11,413 nt of DNA from a bacterium (lineage in GTDB: Bacteria; Zhuqueibacterota; Zhuqueibacteria; Oceanimicrobiales; Oceanimicrobiaceae): assembly GCA_037446635.1 (NCBI GenBank), contig JBBIIG010000093.1:1-11413 (forward strand). Reading direction: 5' to 3'. Under the pieces are notes generated by a model. That model saw only the letters and a list, made by a program, of their open reading frames with translations, was not told the origin of the DNA and did no database searches. The position numbers and the translations under genes are program-made. Positions 1-6,772 of this stretch are shown here, one piece after another. How positions within the stretch are numbered: the first letter of the stretch is position 1; each line of letters begins with the position of its first letter.

Positions 1-50
1 ATACAAAATCAAATATCAGCAGATGGGGCCTACCAACGGCAAGTAATTCT

Positions 51-247
51 GAAGAGGATTTCAGCGGCCCCGGCGCCATCACCGCCGTGATGACCCTCGA
101 AACCCAAACCAAAAATTACTACGACCCAAAACCGGCGCGACCAGCATCAACATTATGACGCGGTTGCTCGGACTCATTTTGGCGGTGATGTCGGTACAGT
201 TTGTCATCAACGGAATTCGTGATTCGTTTCCGGAAATATTTCAATAA
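51..247 (+). pseudogene. marC: Disrupted MarC-family membrane protein, 3' remnant with a frameshift and apparent internal deletions
   Basis: Frame 3 from 51 reads EEDFSGPGAITAVMTLETQTKNYYD (the MarC GPGAI motif) and stops at 156-158. Frame 2 from 134 reads GATSINIMTRLLGLILAVMSVQFVINGIRDSFPEIFQ*, a typical MarC C-terminus, with TAA at 245-247. The usual PLAIP motif and the intervening TM helix are absent. Confidence 0.75.
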
Positions 248-350
248 CGGCATCAGAAAATGCGACGATTTAAATTATGACCAACCGCGTTCGACACGAA
301 AACATAAAGCCCAGGAAAAAGGACTTTCGTTTTTCGCCAGAAAGGAAAAT

Positions 351-1163
351 ATGGAGTTGATTCTCAAAGCCATTTTGATGGGGATTGTCGAAGGATTCAC
401 AGAATTTTTACCAATCAGCAGCACAGGACATTTGATTCTTGTCAATCACTTTCTGCATTTGCCGGCAGATTTTGCGGTTCTGTTTAATGTGTTCATTCAA
501 CTGGGTGCCATCCTCTCGGTGGTGATCTATTTTCGCAAGGAATTAATTCCGTGGGGAATTCACAGAAGTCCGGAGCAAAAAGAGCACGTCTGGGATATTT
601 GGAAAAAAACGTTCATTGGCGTCGCGCCGGCTCTGGCGATTGGCGCGGCGGTTGGCGAGTTTGTGGAGAAGATTTTGTTTGTTCCGGAAGTGGTGGCGGC
701 CGCTCTATTTTTGGGCGGAATTTTTCTGGTGCTGATCGAGCGCCGCAAGAATTCCAACAAAATCCAAACCCTGGCGGCGCTTAGCTATCGCACCGTCCTG
801 ATCATTGGATTGATACAATGCTTGGCGATGATCCCCGGTATCTCGCGTTCCGCCGCCACCATCATCGGCGCGATGCTTTTAGGCTGTTCTCGTACCATTG
901 CCGCTGAATTTTCGTTCTTCCTCGCCATTCCAACTATGATGGCGGCCTCCTCCTATCAACTTTTCAAGAATTTTTCAACTATTAGCGCCGGCGAGTGGCA
1001 AGTTTTGTTCGTTGGGTTTGCGGTCTCGTTTTTCGCCGCGTGGGCAGCCATCGCCTTTTTGATGAATTATATCCGCAAAAACGACTTTACCTTCTTTGGC
1101 TATTACCGCATTGTGCTTGGCATCGTCGTTATTGCGTACTTCACATTTGCGGTTGCACCATGA
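351..1163 (+). CDS. uppP: Undecaprenyl-diphosphate phosphatase (BacA/UppP)
   Basis: Signature motifs GIVEGFTEFLPISSTGHL, IQLGAIL, AMIPGISRSAATI and AAEFSFFLAIP. Start re-assigned to ATG 351, which follows AAAGGA and gives 270 aa. Confidence 0.97.
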   Translation: MELILKAILMGIVEGFTEFLPISSTGHLILVNHFLHLPADFAVLFNVFIQLGAILSVVIYFRKELIPWGIHRSPEQKEHVWDIWKKTFIGVAPALAIGAAVGEFVEKILFVPEVVAAALFLGGIFLVLIERRKNSNKIQTLAALSYRTVLIIGLIQCLAMIPGISRSAATIIGAMLLGCSRTIAAEFSFFLAIPTMMAASSYQLFKNFSTISAGEWQVLFVGFAVSFFAAWAAIAFLMNYIRKNDFTFFGYYRIVLGIVVIAYFTFAVAP

Positions 1164-1903
1164 AAATCTACGCCCACCGCGGCTCCTCGTGGCTCTGGCC
1201 GGAAAACACGCTGCTGGCTTTTAATCTCGCGCATCAGGCCGGGGCAACCGGGTTTGAAACCGACCTCCGTCTTTCAAGGGATGCTCAAATTGTTCTTTCG
1301 CACGACAACGACCTGCACCGCTTTGGAATGCCGGACAAGATCATCAGCGAATTGACGGCCGATGAAATCACAAAAATTGAAATCACTTCGCCGGCTGGTC
1401 AGTACAAAGACCGCCTGCTGACTCTCAAAAATTTGCTGACCGCTTTTCCCGACAAAGATTATATTTTCGATTGCAAAATCTCCCAGCGCACCCTATTCGA
1501 AACCTTAAAGCAGGAACTGCACGCGCTTAACTTCCACAACCGCATCTGGTTTCTCACCTGGGATCGGGCGGGCGATCAGTTGGTGCAAGAACTGTTTCCC
1601 GGTTATGCTCGTTTTCCAAGAATTCCGCGCAGTTACGTTTGGGGAATGGGCGCACTGCTCGGACTGAGCCGGCTGTTTGAGCCCCGTCATCCCATTCTTT
1701 CGCTGCCGGCCTACCACCTGGGTTTGCCGGTCATTCGCAAACATCAAATTGCTTCGCTGCAAAGAAGGGGCAAAATTTTTATGGGGTACCTGGTCAATTC
1801 AGAAAAAGATTGGCAGCGCTGCCAAGAGTGCGGAATCGATATCGTACTGACCGACCGCCCCGACCTGATTGGGAAATTGACTACAAGCGCCACGCACTTT
1901 TAA
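1160..1903 (+). CDS. Glycerophosphodiester phosphodiesterase family protein (GDPD, GlpQ/UgpQ-like, no signal peptide)
   Basis: MKIYAHRGSS-PENTL, GFETDL, LSHD and C-terminal VLTDRPD motifs. Start ATG 1160 overlaps the uppP stop (ATGA). Confidence 0.93.
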   Translation: MKIYAHRGSSWLWPENTLLAFNLAHQAGATGFETDLRLSRDAQIVLSHDNDLHRFGMPDKIISELTADEITKIEITSPAGQYKDRLLTLKNLLTAFPDKDYIFDCKISQRTLFETLKQELHALNFHNRIWFLTWDRAGDQLVQELFPGYARFPRIPRSYVWGMGALLGLSRLFEPRHPILSLPAYHLGLPVIRKHQIASLQRRGKIFMGYLVNSEKDWQRCQECGIDIVLTDRPDLIGKLTTSATHF

Positions 1904-1920
1904 AATGCGTGGCGCTTTTT
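1885..1920 (+). terminator. Intrinsic terminator hairpin between convergent genes, possibly bidirectional
   Basis: 12-bp perfect inverted repeat AAGCGCCACGCA (1885-1896) / TGCGTGGCGCTT (1906-1917), 9-nt loop, T-run 1916-1920. Overlaps the GDPD stop. Confidence 0.75.
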
Positions 1921-1932
1921 ATAATCACTTGT

Positions 1933-3156
1933 TTAATCAATCATCCGCACATAATCGCGGTGCACCCACCCGCCGCCGCCGCGGTGCAATTTTATTTTCA
2001 GCCACTGGCCTTCTTCAGCAATCACTTCGAATTTCTCGCCATTTCGAATCTGCGCGATCCTGCGGTGCTTCGTGCCCGCTCCGGAACGAACGTTTAACAA
2101 CGCCGCGGTCACGACCACGGCTTTTGGAGTGCGGCGGACAGTGTTAGTAGAGTTGCTCTTTGGAGACGGCGTTTCAAACTTCGGCCGAGCAGGAGGGCGG
2201 ACTTCAGAGGTTTTGGCCCCTTTGTTTGAAGAATGGCGGCCAAACGAAAACACCAGCGAAATCTGGTGCACGCCGTCGTTAAAAATACGATCGTTGGTGT
2301 ACGAGTAATTGAACTCCAGCGAGTGCGCGGAAAAAGGCGCCAAGAAGCCGGCGCCGCCGGAAACCTGGCCGTCATGGTAGCCGATGCGAAACGGCAGGAA
2401 AAAAACTGGCCGTATCTCGCCGCCAACATGAAGCCGGGGGGCGAGGTCGCCGCTTTTGTTGAGGTCGGCGGCCAGCACCACGCCTTCATAAACTTTGAGC
2501 GCGACGCCGGCGCGGTAGGTTGGCGGCACGCCTTCGGTCAAGCCGCTGTTCCAGCGGTAATCGGTGCCCATATCCTGCGCCATAAAGCCGAGGCCAATCT
2601 GCTCAATCGGGTGCAGCAGGATGCCGACGTCGAAACCCAGACCAGTGGCCGACTGTTCTGCTAAATTGTATTTGATGAATTTTACGTTTCCACCAATGGC
2701 GACGAACGGCGTCAGCGATTTGCCCAACGAGAGCGCAATCATATTTTGGCTGCTGCTGAACGTAAAATCCGGATCGCCGGTGTTGCCGCTTCTGCTTTCG
2801 ATGCCGTTGACGCGAAAGCCAACCCAACTGATGCCCATCGTCATCACATTTTTAATCGGCAGCACGCCGCCAAAAAAATTGAGGGTGCGATCGAAGGGCA
2901 AATTGGTGTTCATGAACTCGAATTGAAAATTCTGAATGCGTCCCAGGCCGGAGGGATTCCAGTAGGCGGCGGATGGACCCTCGGCCAACCCGACGTACGT
3001 CCCGCCTAAACCCAACGGCCGTGCGCCCACTCCCATGCGCAAAAACACGCCGGCGGCGCCATCGCTTTCCTGGGCAAAACCATGAACGTCAATAAGGGAG
3101 ACAACGAGATAAAAAAAACACGCTTGAATGATTCTGGCTGCTCGTGCTTGGTGCAT
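1933..3156 (-). CDS. PorV/PorQ-family (FadL-like) outer-membrane beta-barrel protein with a C-terminal bacterial SH3 (SH3b) domain
   Basis: Signal peptide ending GFA|QE. Family N-terminal motif FLRMGVGARPLGLGG-AAYWNPSGL. Amphipathic strands ending HQISLVFSF. A Pro/Ser/Lys linker precedes LNVRSGAGTKHRRIAQIRNGEKFEVIAEEGQWLKI-GWVHRDYV (SH3b pattern). Confidence 0.85.
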   Translation of the reverse strand: MHQARAARIIQACFFYLVVSLIDVHGFAQESDGAAGVFLRMGVGARPLGLGGTYVGLAEGPSAAYWNPSGLGRIQNFQFEFMNTNLPFDRTLNFFGGVLPIKNVMTMGISWVGFRVNGIESRSGNTGDPDFTFSSSQNMIALSLGKSLTPFVAIGGNVKFIKYNLAEQSATGLGFDVGILLHPIEQIGLGFMAQDMGTDYRWNSGLTEGVPPTYRAGVALKVYEGVVLAADLNKSGDLAPRLHVGGEIRPVFFLPFRIGYHDGQVSGGAGFLAPFSAHSLEFNYSYTNDRIFNDGVHQISLVFSFGRHSSNKGAKTSEVRPPARPKFETPSPKSNSTNTVRRTPKAVVVTAALLNVRSGAGTKHRRIAQIRNGEKFEVIAEEGQWLKIKLHRGGGGWVHRDYVRMID

Positions 3157-3177
3157 GTCAAAGTCGTCCTTTACTTT

Positions 3178-3852
3178 TTATCTGATTACGGCTACTTTAA
3201 AAAAATATTGAAAATCGGCTGTGCGGATTCGGCAGAAATAAACGCCGTTGGCCACGAATTCTCCTTTGGCGTTGCGGCCGTCCCAGGCGTCCTGCAGGTT
3301 TTCACCCGCGCGTCGAAATGCATTGCGAACCAACGTGCGCACGATGCTGTTATCCATGTCCAAGATGTCGATGGTTACTTCCGCGTCTGCCGCCAGCTCG
3401 TAGCGAATGGTTGTGGTTTCGCTGCCGACCCGGAACGGGTTGGGAAAATTGTACGCTGCACTGATGGCCTCGATGTTGGGACTGGCCGGCGGATCATCTG
3501 CCGGGTCGCCCGTGGAGCGAGGAATTTCCACGCTGACTTCGTTGGAAAATCCGCTTTCGTTGCCGGAAAAATCCACCGCGGTGAGCGCGAAGAAATAGCG
3601 TCTCCCCTCCTCTAGTCCAGTGACGCGGTACGAAGTGGTGTTGCCCACCGAAATCTGCTTGCTGTAATCCGCCGACCGTGTCCCATAGTAGAGCCGATAC
3701 CCGGATAAATCGCTTTCCGTGTTCGCGTCCCACGACACCGTGACCGAACCAGCGGCGAGAAAAACGGGCATCGCCATCACACAACCGGAGCAAAATAGTT
3801 GTCGAAAAAATTTCTTTATGTTGAAGCAAAGTAATTTTGCAGCGCCGCTCAT
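3178..3852 (-). CDS. Secreted protein with one fibronectin type III domain and a C-terminal FlgD-Ig / T9SS type A sorting-like domain
   Basis: Signal-like N-terminus ending LAA|GS. FN3 pattern VTVSWDAN-DLSGYRLYYG-YRVTGL-YFFALTAVD-GNES-SNEV. CTD pattern NFPNPF-TTIRYEL-VRTL-WDGRN-VANGVYFCRI-KVAVIR. ATGA overlap with the upstream receiver gene. Confidence 0.88.
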   Translation of the reverse strand: MSGAAKLLCFNIKKFFRQLFCSGCVMAMPVFLAAGSVTVSWDANTESDLSGYRLYYGTRSADYSKQISVGNTTSYRVTGLEEGRRYFFALTAVDFSGNESGFSNEVSVEIPRSTGDPADDPPASPNIEAISAAYNFPNPFRVGSETTTIRYELAADAEVTIDILDMDNSIVRTLVRNAFRRAGENLQDAWDGRNAKGEFVANGVYFCRIRTADFQYFFKVAVIR

Positions 3853-4199
3853 TGCAGCATATCCTCTATTTTTTCCAGAATGGCGCTGGGCCGGCAGGGC
3901 TTTTTTAAAACTTGCAGGCCAGCGCCAGTTTTAACTTTCAAATTGTTGGTGTAAGCGGTAATAAAAATAATTTTCAAAGCTGGCAGCAGCTCGAGACATT
4001 TTTCTACCAGCACTCGCCCGTCCACATCCGGCAGCATGACATCGGTTAGCATCAGATCGAACTTTTCGTTTCGGCATTGACTGAGGGCGTCGCCGCCGCT
4101 CAATGCGACCGCGGTGCGGAATCCCTGCTCATCAAGAAACTCCTGCATCGCTAACGCGATTTCTTTTTTATCATCGACTATCAGAATTTTTTTGGCCAT
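3849..4199 (-). CDS. Stand-alone response regulator receiver (CheY-like)
   Basis: 116 aa. ILIVDD acidic pocket, phospho-acceptor TDVMLPD, ITAY and KKP. No output domain. Confidence 0.93.
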   Translation of the reverse strand: MAKKILIVDDKKEIALAMQEFLDEQGFRTAVALSGGDALSQCRNEKFDLMLTDVMLPDVDGRVLVEKCLELLPALKIIFITAYTNNLKVKTGAGLQVLKKPCRPSAILEKIEDMLQ

Positions 4200-4208
4200 T
4201 CTTCATCG

Positions 4209-4267
4209 AAAAAAAAAGGGGAGATGAAATCGCATCTCAAACCGCGGAGAAGGCTTCATGTCCCCTT
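4209..4267 (-). terminator. Putative intrinsic terminator or attenuator between the LysM gene and the receiver gene
   Basis: On the minus strand AAGGGGACATGAA (4267-4255) pairs 12/13 with TTCATCTCCCCTT (4228-4216), running into a T9 tract (4217-4209). The loop is unusually long (26 nt). Confidence 0.5.
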
Positions 4268-4293
4268 GGATACAAATTCATGACGCCTGATTC

Positions 4294-5016
4294 TCAGACG
4301 CTCTCCACCTCGTGTTTCTTGCGGCGATCTTGGTTGCGCGGCTCGTCGTCGTAGCCATCGAGATAAACACTGCGGCCGCTTTCAATATCTTCGATGGACT
4401 CCGATGTACGCCCATACACTTCTACTTCCTCACTTTTCCTTTTGCGGATATAAAAATAAATCGCCGCCGCCAGCACCAGGGTGAGACCGAGGACTCCCGC
4501 CAGCAACAGAACATTCAATTTGGATGGACGCTCCACTACCGCAAGTTCCTCTTCAAGCCTCGATGCGGCCGGCGCTTCCTCTTGTTCCGCTTCCAAAGAT
4601 GAAGTTGGAGAAGAGACCGCGGCCGGCTCTTCCGGCTCGGGAGCCGTTCCCGGGTCAGCGCGTTTCAAGAGCGCCGTTCCGGTCATTAGATTTTGCTGCT
4701 GCTGAATCAACTCGTTGACTTTTGAAAGGCTGCGCGCGCGGCGAATTTCGCGTATGGGTTCTAAACAGGGGCCGATCCCTTTCTCCCCCGGGAAAATCTT
4801 ATCGCCCCGGGGCGCGCGATTGATCAGCGCCAGTTCCTTCCAATAGGACGGATCGTTGTAATATTCTTTGGCGATTTTGCTCAACCAATCTCCGTCACGA
4901 ATTTCGTGCTCAACGGGTTGTTCAAGCAACAGATATTTGCTGAGCAGCGTTTGCGCCGGTTCGAGAAACAACACCACCGCTATCGTGAGCAGCAAGGCAA
5001 CCAGAATTTTTTTCAT
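4294..5016 (-). CDS. LysM peptidoglycan-binding domain protein with a C-terminal transmembrane helix and acidic cytoplasmic tail
   Basis: MKK-hydrophobic N-terminus; LysM pattern HEIRDGDWLSKIAKEYY-WKELALIN-IFPGE; Pro/Glu/Ala/Ser linker; TM LNVLLLAGVLGLTLVLAAAIYFYI followed by RKRK. ATG 5016 is preferred over 5022 because AGGAG (5029-5025) lies 8 nt upstream of it but only 2 nt upstream of 5022. Confidence 0.82.
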   Translation of the reverse strand: MKKILVALLLTIAVVLFLEPAQTLLSKYLLLEQPVEHEIRDGDWLSKIAKEYYNDPSYWKELALINRAPRGDKIFPGEKGIGPCLEPIREIRRARSLSKVNELIQQQQNLMTGTALLKRADPGTAPEPEEPAAVSSPTSSLEAEQEEAPAASRLEEELAVVERPSKLNVLLLAGVLGLTLVLAAAIYFYIRKRKSEEVEVYGRTSESIEDIESGRSVYLDGYDDEPRNQDRRKKHEVESV

Positions 5017-5157
5017 AATCATTTCTCCTACTTTCTTTATTAGCCCGAAAAATTACACAGCGCGACAAAGCCGCCTGTCTGCACCGGTAGAAAAAAATCA
5101 ACCGCAGGGTTCGCTAAGCGGCCTTTGCGCCAGCCTTGCGTTCTTTGCGATTAAAAA

Positions 5158-5174
5158 AGCAAAGTGGATGCCAG
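5158..5174 (-). promoter_or_regulatory. Sigma-54 (-24/-12) promoter upstream of the LysM gene
   Basis: Minus strand CTGGCATCCACTTTGCT closely matches YTGGCACGNNNNTTGCW with exact GG-N10-GC spacing. It is correctly oriented and lies immediately downstream of a bEBP gene. Confidence 0.85.
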
Positions 5175-5306
5175 AGAAGTTTAGATTAAAGATTAAAAAA
5201 AATGGCTGGAATAAGCGTAGGCAGATATAGGTGCTTAACGAAATAAGTAAGTGCGCGCACTCTGCAATGGAATCGAATGATAAAAGTGGGTTTTTCGTGT
5301 AGGCAG

Positions 5307-5319
5307 TGTAAAAGTTACA
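5307..5319. promoter_or_regulatory. Candidate upstream activator (enhancer) site for the adjacent bEBP
   Basis: Palindrome TGTAA-AAG-TTACA about 135-145 bp upstream of the -24 element, a typical bEBP enhancer distance. Confidence 0.55.
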
Positions 5320-5386
5320 GAAGACCTGAACGTTGTGAGATTTGAATTTCAGAAAGATTCAGTCTATTTTCGGCGGGCTTCAGTGT

Positions 5387-6766
5387 TCAATCTCGATCTT
5401 CTTCCTCGGCAAAATAGCGGTTGAGTTTATTGTGCATCGTTTTTAAGCTGATGCCCAAAACTTCCGCGGCTTTGGTCTTGTTGTTGTTGCACTTTTTGAG
5501 CGTGCTCAGAATCACTTCTTTCTCGATTTCATAGAGCGGCTTGCCAACCTCGACTGTGTCCAATTTTTGAGGTTGGGAATCGTGCTGGCGGATTTGCGCC
5601 GGCAGGTGCCGCACCTGGATGTACTCCTCGTTGCACAGAATCACCGCGCGCTCCACCGAATTTTTCAGCTCGCGGATGTTGCCGGGCCAGAAGTAACTAG
5701 CCAGCAGCTCCAGCGCCGGCGGAGCAAAGCCTTTGATCGCTTTGTTGTTGCGCTGATTGAATACTTTCAAAAATTCCATTATCAGTGGATTCAAATCGCT
5801 CATGCGCTCCCGCAGCGGCGGCAACTCGATTTCCATCACGTTCAGACGGTAGTACAAATCGTCGCGCAGCCTGCCCTCAGCGATGGCCTCCTTGATTTTG
5901 CGGTTGGTGGCGGCGATCACCCGCACATCCACCACGATTTCTTTGGTGCCGCCCAATCTTCGAAAGCGCTGATCTTCCAACACCCGCAGCAATTTTGCCT
6001 GGGTGTCGGCGGGCATCTCGGCGATTTCGTCAAGAAAGAGCGTGCCGCCGTTCGCCATTTCAAAACAGCCGGGTTTTTCACTGAGCGCGCCAGTAAACGC
6101 TCCTTTCTCGTGGCCGAACAGTTCGTTTTCCAAAATGTCGCGGGGAAAGGCCGAGCAGTTGAGCGCCAAAAATGGACCTTTGGCGCGGCTGCTTTTTTTG
6201 TGAATGGCGCGCGCCACCAACTCTTTGCCGGTGCCGCTTTCGCCAGTGATCAAAACATTGGCCGTGGTATTGGCCACGGCGTCGATCAACGCATAGACCT
6301 GCTGCATCTTGTCGCTCTGGCCCACCATGTCGTCGTAGCGGCTCATGCTCTGGATGGTTTGCTCCAGGCGGCGGTTGGTGAGAACGAGGCTCTGACGCTC
6401 GAGGGCTTTGGCCACAATGATGCGAAGCCGATCGGGTTGCACCGGTTTGGTTAAATAATCATACGCCCCGGCTTTGATGGCTTCCACGGCAGTGGAAATG
6501 GTGCCCTTGCCGGTGATGATGATGACCTCCGTGCACAAATCGCGCTTTTTGATTTCTTGCAGCAGGTCTTGGCCAGTGAGCCCGGGCAGTATCAAATCCA
6601 CTAACACTAAATTGAAGGACTCTTTTTCCAAGCGTCGCAGCGCCTCTGTTCCGTCGAAGGCCTCAACGGTATCGTATCCCTCCAATTGCAGCAATTCGGA
6701 TAATCCCGCCGTGATGGAGGGCTCGTCATCGACAATCAAAATTTTGTAGGTGGTTCGCTTCGCCAT
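5387..6766 (-). CDS. Sigma-54-dependent response regulator (NtrC/AtoC family: REC-AAA+-Fis HTH)
   Basis: Receiver (IVDDE, VDLILP, TKP), Walker A GESGTGKE, intact GAFTGA, Walker B FLDEI, WPGNIRELKN, and HTH NNKTKAAEVLGISLKTMHNKL. Confidence 0.97.
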   Translation of the reverse strand: MAKRTTYKILIVDDEPSITAGLSELLQLEGYDTVEAFDGTEALRRLEKESFNLVLVDLILPGLTGQDLLQEIKKRDLCTEVIIITGKGTISTAVEAIKAGAYDYLTKPVQPDRLRIIVAKALERQSLVLTNRRLEQTIQSMSRYDDMVGQSDKMQQVYALIDAVANTTANVLITGESGTGKELVARAIHKKSSRAKGPFLALNCSAFPRDILENELFGHEKGAFTGALSEKPGCFEMANGGTLFLDEIAEMPADTQAKLLRVLEDQRFRRLGGTKEIVVDVRVIAATNRKIKEAIAEGRLRDDLYYRLNVMEIELPPLRERMSDLNPLIMEFLKVFNQRNNKAIKGFAPPALELLASYFWPGNIRELKNSVERAVILCNEEYIQVRHLPAQIRQHDSQPQKLDTVEVGKPLYEIEKEVILSTLKKCNNNKTKAAEVLGISLKTMHNKLNRYFAEEEDRD

Positions 6767-6772
6767 CGTGAG

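Noticed and set aside
201..350. 50-aa N-terminal extension of UppP in the ORF track
   Set aside because: It starts at TTG inside the marC remnant and does not resemble UppP. ATG 351 has an RBS and gives the normal family length.
995..1159. Cys/Trp/His-rich N-terminal extension of the GDPD ORF
   Set aside because: It is an out-of-frame reading of the uppP 3' end. The GDPD domain starts at MKIYAHRG (1160).
1810..3934. Many short overlapping ORFs (60-177 aa) across the barrel and FN3 genes
   Set aside because: They are antisense or alternative-frame shadows of well-supported genes, with no motifs.
4430..4660. PEP-CTERM or LPXTG sorting signal in the LysM protein
   Set aside because: PEPEEP lies ~40 aa before the TM helix, and the cytoplasmic tail is ~50 aa, too long for these signals.
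5023..5157. Possible c-di-GMP-I riboswitch, suggested by CGCAAAG
   Set aside because: The GGCAAAC and GAAA tetraloop/receptor elements are missing. The heptamers are better explained as a repeat.
5567..6454. 295-aa plus-strand ORF
   Set aside because: It lies entirely antisense to the conserved bEBP AAA+ domain and has no recognisable motifs, so it is a shadow ORF.
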